From assembly GCA_902495005.1 (NCBI GenBank), contig CABUVL010000001.1:311017-375016 (forward strand): a stretch of 64,000 nt of DNA, written 5' to 3'. Position 1 is the first letter of the stretch, and each line of letters begins with the position of its first letter. Positions 19,816 through 28,070 of the stretch are shown here, in pieces. The notes under the pieces are model-generated. The model was given only the letters and a program-made list of their open reading frames with translations. It was not told the DNA's origin and searched no databases. Source of the stretch: an uncultured Verrucomicrobiota bacterium (GTDB lineage Bacteria; Verrucomicrobiota; Verrucomicrobiia; Opitutales; UBA9783). The position numbers and the translations under genes are program-made.

Positions 19816-20601
19816 ATGTTCATGCAGAGGGTCTTATTGAAATTGAGCGGTGAAGCTTTACAGGTGACTTTAAATGGCGGGAGCTTACAAGAAGCCTCAT
19901 CTGAAGCGCGCGCTTGTAAGGTTTTATCTGGAAATGATGGTGCGGTACCCAAAAAGTCAAGTGTTTATTCGGCTCAACGCTTGCAAGATCTTCAAGAACA
20001 AATAAGCCAATTGCGCAAGCGGGGCATTGAGGTCGGCATTGTTGTCGGTGGGGGCAATATTTTTAGGGCTAAAGATTGTGGCATTCCCGTTGATCGATGT
20101 TTGGCGGATCGAGTTGGAATGGCGGCAACATTTGTGAACGCGCTGGCCTTACAGGCTTACTTTCAGGCGAAAAGCTTGCCCTCAAAGGTGTATGGGGCGC
20201 ACGCTTGGACACAAGTGCCCGTATTTGAGATTGATCAAGTACGCCGTGATTTGAAGACACACGTTCTCATTTTTGCAGGGGGGACGGGGCACCCATTTTT
20301 TTCAACCGACACGGCTGCAGCCTTGCGCGCCATTGAAATAAACGCAGACGTATTGCTCAAGGCTACGAAGGTGGATGGCGTTTACAATAAGGACCCAAGG
20401 AAGTATTCAGATGCGAAGCGCTTCGAAGATTTGACTTACAAAGATGCCTTGAAGGGGCAATACGAGGTCATGGATGCCTGTGCATTTGCGTTGTGCATGG
20501 AGCAAAACTTGCCCATTTTTATATTTAATATTTTTGAAAAAGATGCTATTTTAAGAGCAGTTGACCAATCTATCAAAGGAACCCTCATTAAGGAAAAATA
20601 A
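19816..20601 (+). CDS. pyrH: UMP kinase
   Basis: RVLLKLSGEAL, VVGGGNIFR, GTGHPFFSTDTAAALRA and LKATKVDGVY motifs. The ORF is open from 19750, but the conserved N-terminus begins at the ATGs at 19816/19822. Confidence 0.93.
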   Translation: MFMQRVLLKLSGEALQVTLNGGSLQEASSEARACKVLSGNDGAVPKKSSVYSAQRLQDLQEQISQLRKRGIEVGIVVGGGNIFRAKDCGIPVDRCLADRVGMAATFVNALALQAYFQAKSLPSKVYGAHAWTQVPVFEIDQVRRDLKTHVLIFAGGTGHPFFSTDTAAALRAIEINADVLLKATKVDGVYNKDPRKYSDAKRFEDLTYKDALKGQYEVMDACAFALCMEQNLPIFIFNIFEKDAILRAVDQSIKGTLIKEK

Positions 20602-20603
20602 TT

Positions 20604-21164
20604 ATGGATTTTAAGTTGTTTAGTAAAAAACTCGAGGAGAATATGCAAAAGGCCATTGATCGTACCCTCCATCAATTGGGTACTTTACACACGGGGAAGG
20701 CCTCTCCTCAAATGTTGGACGGCGTCGTTGTTGAGGTTTACGGCTCTAATATGAAATTGCGCGATATCGCTTCAATTACAACGCCTGATGCGCGTACCAT
20801 TCAGGTCCAACCGTGGGATAAAACAAATCTTAAGGCTATTGAAAAAGCCATTTTGAAAGCCAACTTGGGCATTACCGCCGCTATTTTTGGGGAGCATGTC
20901 CGTTGTCCATTACCGGAATTGAGCAGAGAACGTCGTCAAGAATTGGTTAAGGTCGCCAACACGATGGCCGAAGATGGTCGCGTGGGCATTCGCAACTGTC
21001 GTCGAGAGGGCATGGAAGAGATTAAAAACACCAAGAAATTGGGAGCCTGCTCGGAAGATGACGCCAAAAAATTTGAGAAAGAAGTACAAAAAATAACAGA
21101 TAAGTACATCGATACACTCGATCAGTACATTGCGGCAAAAGAGAAGGAATTAACGACAATTTAA
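20604..21164 (+). CDS. frr: ribosome recycling factor
   Basis: 186 aa. GKASPQMLDGVVVEVYGS, ITTPDARTIQVQPWD and LPELSRERRQELVK. Sits in the classical pyrH-frr pair. Confidence 0.96.
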   Translation: MDFKLFSKKLEENMQKAIDRTLHQLGTLHTGKASPQMLDGVVVEVYGSNMKLRDIASITTPDARTIQVQPWDKTNLKAIEKAILKANLGITAAIFGEHVRCPLPELSRERRQELVKVANTMAEDGRVGIRNCRREGMEEIKNTKKLGACSEDDAKKFEKEVQKITDKYIDTLDQYIAAKEKELTTI

Positions 21165-21928
21165 GTTTTGGGGGCTGCATTTGGTGTGGGGGCAAGTGCG
21201 TGACTCATTGTTAAAATTTGGAGTGGCGTTAATAAATAGGGCAGGTTTATGCGTGTTGAGCGCATATCTTGTTATTTTTTAGAGTATCTTCAACAAGTGT
21301 AACACGTTTTGTCGAAGGTCCTGAACGCGACTTGCTCAATTAGGCGCTTGGTAAGGGGTTGTGCGTTTGTGTGAGGGTACGGTGGAATGTCCTAATTGAC
21401 TTCCGCTGTCTGAGTTACTTTTGTTTTAATGCCCGAGTAAGGTGTGTTAAATTTACTCGACTGATAATATCCACAGATAAAAATAGAATGCACTACGGCA
21501 ATTGTTCCGTATAGCAATTAAGATTTGCTCGACGTGTGCTTTGATCTTACTTCCATAAGATCATTGTTGGTAAGGCGTTTGTTAAACAGAAAATCTGTAT
21601 GATAAAATAGAAAATGGAAATGTTTTTAGTCCGATGGCTTGTTTAATGGTTTGAGATTTTATAGATAAGTGATTTGTCTTAAGGGACTAGTACTTGCAGG
21701 ATCGCTCAAGTGCCAGTTAGTCATCAAAATATCATCGAAATACGACGCAATTGTACGTTAATGGAGTTTTGATGGGGGAATAAGAATGCTATTAGATCAA
21801 TCCTATTTTTTTGTATATCAATATTTTGCTTATATTATTAATTCTGCTTGGCCATGAAGCTAATTAATTTAATTGGAGTTCACTGGATTTTTTAAAAATT
21901 GCGCGGGCCGGTTGTTTTTGGCATTAAA

Positions 21929-22291
21929 ATGGCTTGTAAAAAGTTTATGAGGGTGAAAATAGGAATTGGTTTAATCGCAGTGATGTGTGTGGAGGTGAGT
22001 GCCGCCTACTTAAATAGAGCTATCCCTCAGATGTATTTCCAATCGGCCTCGATTCCTTTTGATCGGCACTTATTGATTCCTATAGATAAAGGAAAGTTAT
22101 CGGAGTCACACGATATACCCGAAAGCCCGAAAGAGAGTACTCAGATCAACGTGGCTGACGGCCGCCCCAGTGGGTTTATAGAAAAATTAAAGGCGGAAGA
22201 CATTATCCCTTATTTAAGGGAAAAAAATAAAAGCTATTCCACGGAAGTGAACCTGCAAATTAATGCTTACAACCAATTGCGAGATTACTAG
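21929..22291 (+). CDS. hypothetical small exported/membrane protein
   Basis: ORF open from 21899. The ATG at 21929 gives MACKKFMRVKIGIGLIAVMCVEVSAAY (signal or anchor). No homology recognised. Overlaps the convergent neighbour by 4 nt. Confidence 0.4.
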   Translation: MACKKFMRVKIGIGLIAVMCVEVSAAYLNRAIPQMYFQSASIPFDRHLLIPIDKGKLSESHDIPESPKESTQINVADGRPSGFIEKLKAEDIIPYLREKNKSYSTEVNLQINAYNQLRDY

Positions 22292-22662
22292 ATGTTGGCG
22301 CAATCTGTTTTATCTTTTGAGGTGTACCCGGTATCTTGGCGGTGATGATTAACTTCGTTCTTCTTTTTATAAATCTCGAAAATATCCTCCGCGCTCATTC
22401 CAAGTACTTGGGCAATACTTAAAACAAAATGTATGATGTCAATTAATTCGACGCGTGCGTTTTGGAGATCCATTTTTTGATAATGCGCCCACCATTTCCA
22501 CGGCACACAATCCACGAGTTCAGATGTTTCTTGTTGCAGGGCGCGTGCGTAGTTAAGAATCCACGCCGCAATTTCTTTTTCGTCTAACTGATCAACATCC
22601 TTGCCTAAAATACGAACGTTTAATTCACGTTGCATTTCAAACATTTGTTCTAACTTGTCCAT
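22288..22662 (-). CDS. all-alpha NTP pyrophosphohydrolase, dimeric dUTPase-like (MazG/dUTPase_2 type)
   Basis: 124 aa. The pattern QQETSELVDCVPWKWWA...ELIDIIHFVLSIA resembles the E-x2-E...W-K-x-W...D-x2-HF layout of dimeric dUTPases. Confidence 0.6.
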   Translation of the reverse strand: MDKLEQMFEMQRELNVRILGKDVDQLDEKEIAAWILNYARALQQETSELVDCVPWKWWAHYQKMDLQNARVELIDIIHFVLSIAQVLGMSAEDIFEIYKKKNEVNHHRQDTGYTSKDKTDCANI

Positions 22663-22672
22663 AAGACCAAAT

Positions 22673-22747
22673 TGGTAGGCCGACAGGGACTCGAACCCTG
22701 AACCAATGGCTTAAAAGGCCACTGCTCTACCATTGAGCTACCGACCC
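22673..22747 (-). tRNA. tRNA-Lys (anticodon UUU), encoded CCA
   Basis: Reverse complement reads GGGTCGGTAGCTCAATGGTAGAGCAGTGGCCTTTTAAGCCATTGGTTCAGGGTTCGAGTCCCTGTCGGCCTACCA. Anticodon loop CTTTTAA, T-arm CAGGG/TTCGAGT/CCCTG. The acceptor stem carries three G-U pairs. Confidence 0.82.
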
Positions 22748-22799
22748 AATAGATTAACCTCTCATGAATAAAGATGAAGATTATGAATGAAGTGTCAAT

Positions 22800-23873
22800 C
22801 TATTTTTGCTGATAATTTTTCATGCGTGCTTGTGCGAGAAGTGCAAGCGTTTCCATAATATTGCAGGCGTCCTTGGGGCTTAATAATAATTTATCAAAGG
22901 CCTCGGCGAAGTCGATTTGCAGTTGCTTTAAGACTTCGTAAGGGAAAATGCTTTGCAGTCGACTGAGGTACCAGGGGTTTTGGGAAAATAGACAGAAGGT
23001 GTTTTTTTCAACAATGGGACCGAAATGGTCCTCATAGGGTTGCTTAAGTGTATCGAGTGTCTGCTTGTTGAGGCTGTGAAATGTGTGATGTTCTCTTAGG
23101 TAAGCCAGTTGAATGAGGAGGCGATTCCTATTTTGTAGCATGCTGAGGATGCTGCGTACTTCTTTGTGAATGAGATAGTGGTTGCGTAAGCTTTTTGAAA
23201 ACCATTCCACATCGCCCGCATAGAAAGCTTCTACGGGCTCGAAAAACTCGTCGTTGGGCAATGTTGGGGTATTGTTGAGAACGCAATCTCTCGTAATGGT
23301 CCCCTGAAATCGATTGAGGCAGGCTAATTTTTCAAATTCGTTGGCAATCGTGCGGGCTTGTTTGTTGAGTTTTTGTTCCAATAATTCAAGGGCATCGGGG
23401 GCGATGTCGACGGAAAATTTGCTGGATAATTTTTTGATCAGTGCCTGTAGGTAGGCGTCTTGATGACTGGCCTCAAGTTCAATGCAGTGGGCAAGCGCTT
23501 GGACACTTTTGAATAGACGAAGCCGCTTGTCGACGTTGGAGGAGGAAATAATGAGACAGGTGTCGTTGGGAATTTTTGCCAAATACGAGAGCCATTGTTC
23601 GATGCATTTTTGCCCACTTTCTGTCGTCGCAGGGCTCGTGCTGGTAAACAGATTGGTGTTACGCAGCCATACGCATTTTTTTGCTGAAAAAAAATCAACG
23701 GTCCGTAAGCTTTCCGTTAAATTTGCCAAAGTGCGTTTCATTTCGGCAACAGTATTCATTTGACCGTCGATTGTTTCCAATGAGGCATCCGCGTACTTTT
23801 TTAAGGTTGCTTGGGCCGTGATCTCCACAAAGTATTCGTTGGGACCAAAAATAAATTGCAAATTTGATTCCAT
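22800..23873 (-). CDS. holA: DNA polymerase III delta subunit (probable)
   Basis: 357 aa. N-terminus FIFGPNEYFV resembles the delta LLYGEE-type start. Size and all-helical C-terminal half fit. The call is weaker than for the motif-bearing genes. Confidence 0.55.
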   Translation of the reverse strand: MESNLQFIFGPNEYFVEITAQATLKKYADASLETIDGQMNTVAEMKRTLANLTESLRTVDFFSAKKCVWLRNTNLFTSTSPATTESGQKCIEQWLSYLAKIPNDTCLIISSSNVDKRLRLFKSVQALAHCIELEASHQDAYLQALIKKLSSKFSVDIAPDALELLEQKLNKQARTIANEFEKLACLNRFQGTITRDCVLNNTPTLPNDEFFEPVEAFYAGDVEWFSKSLRNHYLIHKEVRSILSMLQNRNRLLIQLAYLREHHTFHSLNKQTLDTLKQPYEDHFGPIVEKNTFCLFSQNPWYLSRLQSIFPYEVLKQLQIDFAEAFDKLLLSPKDACNIMETLALLAQARMKNYQQK

Positions 23874-23875
23874 GC

Positions 23876-25072
23876 TTAGCTAGCGTTTTTTATTTTATCG
23901 TAAGTGAATTTTTGAAAAAACTCTTCAAAAATTTGATTTCCTTGAGGCCATTCAACTTCCATTCGTAAGAAGTAAAATGGCAAGGGCGATTGAAAGCCTC
24001 TGTCAATGCGAACGGCATCTTTTTCGGTTGTGATAGCACAAACGGCGCCCTCCTGTTGAGCCTTTTGAAAAAATAATTGTAATTCGTCGTCTGTGAAACG
24101 ATGATGGTCCATGAAATGTTCAATGTACACAATTTGTGCCCCTTGTTCACTTAAGAATTGCTCAAAACTCTTTGGCGAAGCAATGCCCGTTAAGGCCGCT
24201 ACTTTCAAGCTGCGTAAGGCTTTTAGCTCGAGTTTTTGTGGCTTATGGATGCATTGTAAATACTTTGGGCTGTGCACGCAGGGAGCTATCTTAGCCGTTC
24301 GATTATAACGACGTACGAAACGTTCCAAGGCGCGTAAACGTTCGGGTGGGACGCGATCGCTTTTGGTTAAAAAAATGACGCGCGCTCTCTTCATGTGCGA
24401 TAGCGGTTCGCGTAAAATTCCACGGGGGAGCAGGGCTCCATTGCCAAACGGGTTGGTCGCGTCAATCAGCATGACGTACAGCGTGCCTTTTAATTGTAAA
24501 TATTGAAATCCGTCATCCAGTACGAGCACGTCGGCATTGAAATTTCGAATGGCGTATTGTCCCGCTTTAACGCGATCTTTATCCACAACGATGGGGACGT
24601 GTGGTAAATTTTGTGCCAATAAAAAAGGCTCATCCCCGGCGACTTCAGAGGACATTAAACAGTGTTTTCCGTCGCTGACCACTTTGGGTGGGGGTGGCGG
24701 CGTGTGTGTGATCCAACGTAAGCAACGCTTCCAACGAGCTTCTTGCTTGCTCTTATACCCGCGGCTTAAAATGGCCACATTACGTCCGCATTGGTGAAGA
24801 TAACGTGCAATTTTTTCAACGATGGGGGTTTTCCCCGTGCCTCCTACCGTCAAATTGCCAACTACAATAATGGTGCAGCCCAGGTGTTGGGAATGCATCC
24901 ATCGTTTTTGATAGGCGTGAATGCGCAGCCTCACAATCCACGTAAAGGGGATGGAAAGTGCGCGTAAAATAAATGCCAATCTACGTGCTGCTTTGTCGTG
25001 ACGTTTATTGTAAATTACGTCCGTCACAAAAGATTCTGCGCGTTTGAGTGCTTGTGTCAGGCACTGCAGCAT
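23876..25072 (-). CDS. lpxK: tetraacyldisaccharide 4'-kinase
   Basis: [18 protein letters not shown]-loop, ILSRGYK and LDDGFQ motifs. 398 aa. Carries a PPPPP insertion (HTPPPPPKV). Confidence 0.9.
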   Translation of the reverse strand: MLQCLTQALKRAESFVTDVIYNKRHDKAARRLAFILRALSIPFTWIVRLRIHAYQKRWMHSQHLGCTIIVVGNLTVGGTGKTPIVEKIARYLHQCGRNVAILSRGYKSKQEARWKRCLRWITHTPPPPPKVVSDGKHCLMSSEVAGDEPFLLAQNLPHVPIVVDKDRVKAGQYAIRNFNADVLVLDDGFQYLQLKGTLYVMLIDATNPFGNGALLPRGILREPLSHMKRARVIFLTKSDRVPPERLRALERFVRRYNRTAKIAPCVHSPKYLQCIHKPQKLELKALRSLKVAALTGIASPKSFEQFLSEQGAQIVYIEHFMDHHRFTDDELQLFFQKAQQEGAVCAITTEKDAVRIDRGFQSPLPFYFLRMEVEWPQGNQIFEEFFQKFTYDKIKNAS

Positions 25073-25079
25073 AATGGCC

Positions 25080-25622
25080 TTATTTCAACGGATAGTACAC
25101 CAAGTCGCAACGACGATCTTTCCAGGCATCAGCCTTACTTAATCCTTTGCTCGCGTGGGTGCTGCCCAAGGACAAAACTTCTGTTCTCGTAACTCCCTGT
25201 GTTTGTAAGAATTGTTCGACGCAATTGGCACGTTTTTCTCCCAAACGTAAGTTGTAGTCTTCGGTACCGTACCAATCACAGTGGCCCACGATGAGTAAGC
25301 TTGTATCGGGATGCGAATTGAGATAATTTATAATGGATTGAAGCTCGTGTTTGTTGCCGTCGGATAAGACGAATTTGTCAAATTCAAAATAGATGGCCAG
25401 AGCGACATCTTGCGCATTGTACAGACGGGCAAATTCCTTTTGATCGGATAGGGTGAGAGCACTGTGTCGCTCCTCTAAGGTTTGAATGGGCATTTCATCA
25501 TTTGATTTTACGTGAGTAACGACCGAGGGGAGAGTGTCGGAAGGTTGTGGATTTGCAGGCTGAGTGGTGTTAAAGCAACCCGACAGGAGTAAGCAGATGT
25601 TGAACAAGTGGATTTTTTTCAT
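25080..25622 (-). CDS. pal: peptidoglycan-associated lipoprotein (OmpA-family)
   Basis: Lipobox LLSGC after MKKIHLFNICL. C-terminal OmpA-like domain (FEFDKFVL..., GHCDWYGTEDYNLRLGEKRA). Confidence 0.85.
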   Translation of the reverse strand: MKKIHLFNICLLLSGCFNTTQPANPQPSDTLPSVVTHVKSNDEMPIQTLEERHSALTLSDQKEFARLYNAQDVALAIYFEFDKFVLSDGNKHELQSIINYLNSHPDTSLLIVGHCDWYGTEDYNLRLGEKRANCVEQFLQTQGVTRTEVLSLGSTHASKGLSKADAWKDRRCDLVYYPLK

Positions 25623-25676
25623 ATGTACTTAGGAGCATAGTTATCTCGACGTATTTTGCAAGAATTATGTGAGCTG

Positions 25677-25979
25677 TCAATGTACCTTAAACGTGTTGGG
25701 GCCTTGTGCGCCGGTGGTCTTAACGTAGGTGTTGGAAATGGGATCTCGCACGTATTTGCTAAAACCTTTTTGGGCAAGGCTTTTGTCGGAAAGTAATTGC
25801 TTCGTTTGGCCTTCCGAATACTTGTTGCAGATGTTGGGGACTGTGTACACGCGTTCGACGGGATAGCCGTACAGGGGGTCTACGGTTATTTTTTGATCGC
25901 AATGATGTTGTATTTCAATCACCGGGCAGGCCGCCTTGTCTTGCTCCGGAATGAGAACTCGATACAGATACCAAGGCAT
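25677..25979 (-). CDS. hypothetical protein
   Basis: 100-aa ORF. The MPWYLYRV start is reminiscent of FmdB-type zinc-ribbon proteins, but the Cys pairs are not conserved. No firm assignment. Confidence 0.45.
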   Translation of the reverse strand: MPWYLYRVLIPEQDKAACPVIEIQHHCDQKITVDPLYGYPVERVYTVPNICNKYSEGQTKQLLSDKSLAQKGFSKYVRDPISNTYVKTTGAQGPNTFKVH

Positions 25980-26018
25980 AAAATTATCCTAAAAATAATA
26001 ATGCATTTTGGCAAGTGC

Positions 26019-26357
26019 TTATTTTTGAGTGTTGTTCGGCGTGCTCTTGATGAGTAGCCTGTTGTTGATAGGCCAGATGCCGACAAGTTTGCCGTGCAAC
26101 GATTTTTCAAATGTGTTTTGTATCCCTTTGGGAAAATGATCCAGTGCCTCTTGAAATTTGGGCGGGGGTGTCAGTTGAGCAATTGTTTGATGGCTGTGTG
26201 ACTGTGAGAATGTTTCCCAATCGTCGGCGGGTTGACTTGGCTCTTCCGTGGGCTCCATCGGACTTGTCTCATCGACGGAGGGAATGGAGCTTAATGGCGG
26301 AGTTGACGTGGCCGCTGCGCGGGTGTGATCTTCTTCTTTAATCAGTCGTTTTTTTTT
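26019..26357 (-). CDS. dnaX: -1-frame continuation of dnaX (putative tau-type C-terminal extension, reachable only by frameshift, slippage or an indel)
   Basis: From the A9 run the -1 frame reads KRLIKEEDHTRAAATSTPPLSSIPSVDETSPMEPTEEPSQPADDWETF...NNTQK with no stop until TAA at 26019. The 79-aa ORF 26019..26258 in the track is only its ATG-delimited tail. Confidence 0.5.
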   Translation of the reverse strand, partial: KKKRLIKEEDHTRAAATSTPPLSSIPSVDETSPMEPTEEPSQPADDWETFSQSHSHQTIAQLTPPPKFQEALDHFPKGIQNTFEKSLHGKLVGIWPINNRLLIKSTPNNTQK

Positions 26358-27445
26358 ACGTCAGTGCTGGACTCATTTAAGAGTTTTAGCAGGGTTTCGA
26401 CGGAGTTCAATTTGACGCACTCTACCGCTTTAAAAATGATACTTTCCAGATTGCTGCGGATGGACAAGGCGTTTTGTAGGGATTCTTCGCCTCCTTTTAA
26501 CACATCTAAAATTTGCGTGTAGGCAAAGGGAGATAGGGGCCCGGCTTGCTTAAAACTTTGCGTAAAGCGTTCGTGAAAGCAGCGGTACAGGCTTTTGAGC
26601 GCGCGGTAAGAATCGTGCCCCTTGTTTATAATGGATTCGATAATGTTGAGTATTTGAGCATAATCACCCTTTTCGATGCTTGAGGCCAATGCTTGGATGG
26701 TTTCTAAGGGCGTTAATCCGTAAATAGACAGAACAGCCTCTTTCGTGAGGGGCCCATCACAAAATGCGATCGCTTGATCGAGAATGGATTGCGCATCTCG
26801 CATCCCGCCTTCAGCCAATTGAGCGATAATGGCAAGCGCCTCCTCTTCGGCGTTAATTTTTTCGACGTCCACGATGTGCCGCAAGTGCTTTTGAATAATT
26901 TCTGGACTTAAGGGGTAGAATTCGAAATGTTGGCAGCGAGATACGATAGTACTTGGAACCTTGTGTATTTCTGTGGTTGCAAAGATAAATTTTACGTGCG
27001 CCGGCGGCTCTTCGAGGGTTTTGAGCAATGCGTTGAAGGCGGCGGTGGACAGCATGTGGACTTCGTCCAATATATAAATTTTAAATGGACTTTCCGATGG
27101 AGAATATTGGCAGTTTTCGCGTAACGAACGGATTTGTTCGACGGAATTATTGGAGGCGCCGTCAATTTCAATTACGTCCAGGTTTTGTCCTTGAAAAATG
27201 GATGAGCACCGTGGGCTTTCGGGGTCAAAATCCACCCGCGGGCCATTTTCGCAATTGAGTGCCATGGCGAAGAGGCGGGCTGTACTCGTTTTGCCAGTCC
27301 CCTGAGGGCCTACGAATAGATAGGCGTGTGCAATGTGATTCGTTTGAATTGCGTTAGTAAGTGTCTTAACAATATTGTCTTGCCCCACCAAGGCTTGAAA
27401 TGTTTTTGGACGCCAACGTCTTGCAATGACCTGATAATTACTCAT
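26342..27445 (-). CDS. dnaX: DNA polymerase III subunit gamma/tau (zero-frame product, 367 aa)
   Basis: VGPQGTGKTSTARLFA Walker A, ILDEVHMLS Walker B and FIFATTEIHKVPSTIVSRCQ sensor/SRC motif. The length corresponds to clamp-loader domains I-III only. Confidence 0.93.
   Translation of the reverse strand: MSNYQVIARRWRPKTFQALVGQDNIVKTLTNAIQTNHIAHAYLFVGPQGTGKTSTARLFAMALNCENGPRVDFDPESPRCSSIFQGQNLDVIEIDGASNNSVEQIRSLRENCQYSPSESPFKIYILDEVHMLSTAAFNALLKTLEEPPAHVKFIFATTEIHKVPSTIVSRCQHFEFYPLSPEIIQKHLRHIVDVEKINAEEEALAIIAQLAEGGMRDAQSILDQAIAFCDGPLTKEAVLSIYGLTPLETIQALASSIEKGDYAQILNIIESIINKGHDSYRALKSLYRCFHERFTQSFKQAGPLSPFAYTQILDVLKGGEESLQNALSIRSNLESIIFKAVECVKLNSVETLLKLLNESSTDVKKND
26349..26357 (-). promoter_or_regulatory. 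A9 homopolymer (candidate slippery/slippage site) 5 nt upstream of the dnaX zero-frame stop
   Basis: The minus strand reads GTA AAA AAA AAC GAC TGA. There are nine consecutive A (nine T on the plus strand, 26349..26357). Confidence 0.5.
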
Positions 27446-27580
27446 CTCACTTTAGTGAAATTGAAAATGAAACTTTTGCAACTCAAAATGTGCGTTGCTT
27501 CTTTCAAAGCTATTGTGAAAGGAGAACGATAGAACACATTACTATTAGAAATATATTTTAAGGACCTAATGGAAATGCTC

Positions 27581-27620
27581 AAAAACAGAAGAAGAGGGGA
27601 ACTGTGCCCCTCTTCTTCTT
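27581..27620 (-). terminator. rho-independent terminator downstream of hpf
   Basis: 13-bp stem AGAAGAAGAGGGG/CCCCTCTTCTTCT (27587..27619). On the minus strand it is followed by GTTTTTGAG. It lies about 16 nt after the hpf stop. Confidence 0.8.
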
Positions 27621-27635
27621 TATCTTAGTGAAAGT

Positions 27636-27968
27636 TTATTGTTTTATTGTTTGCTTGCGTTTTACTTTGAGTAAACGGGAGCGACGTCGGATTTTCCGTT
27701 GCAATTTGTCGACCAAGATGTCGATAGATTTGTACAAGTTTTCCGAATACGTCGCGACCACCAAGTCGGGCCCGTGAATTTGTATGTGGCCCTTGGCGAT
27801 GAACTCACCGTGATCCTTACGACTTGCGTCTTGAATCAGCTCAACACGTATGCGGACAATGGACGGTTCATGTTTGAATAATTTTGAAACTTTTTCAGTT
27901 ACAACATTTTTTATGGCATCTGTTAATGTCAAATGCACCCCTGTAATGATAATAGCTGATTCATTCAT
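27636..27968 (-). CDS. hpf: ribosome hibernation promoting factor / RaiA family (short form)
   Basis: 110 aa. IIITGVHLTLTDAIKNVVTEKVSKL..., then LYKSIDILVDKLQRKIRR, typical of the sigma-54 modulation protein/S30EA family. Confidence 0.88.
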   Translation of the reverse strand: MNESAIIITGVHLTLTDAIKNVVTEKVSKLFKHEPSIVRIRVELIQDASRKDHGEFIAKGHIQIHGPDLVVATYSENLYKSIDILVDKLQRKIRRRSRLLKVKRKQTIKQ

Positions 27969-28070
27969 ATGTTTTATTGTAGGTTATTTGGGGATGGACG
28001 CAACGTTTAAATGCAACAAATGTATTTTGAAGTTGCGTGTTGAGGGTAATGTTGTTTGATTAATCGCATA

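Noticed and set aside
21166-21200. GGGGCTG... start after frr, resembling the 5' end of tmRNA.
   Set aside because: No tRNA-like 3' end (GGTTCGA.TCC...CCACCA) and no tag-reading-frame features anywhere in the following 700 nt.
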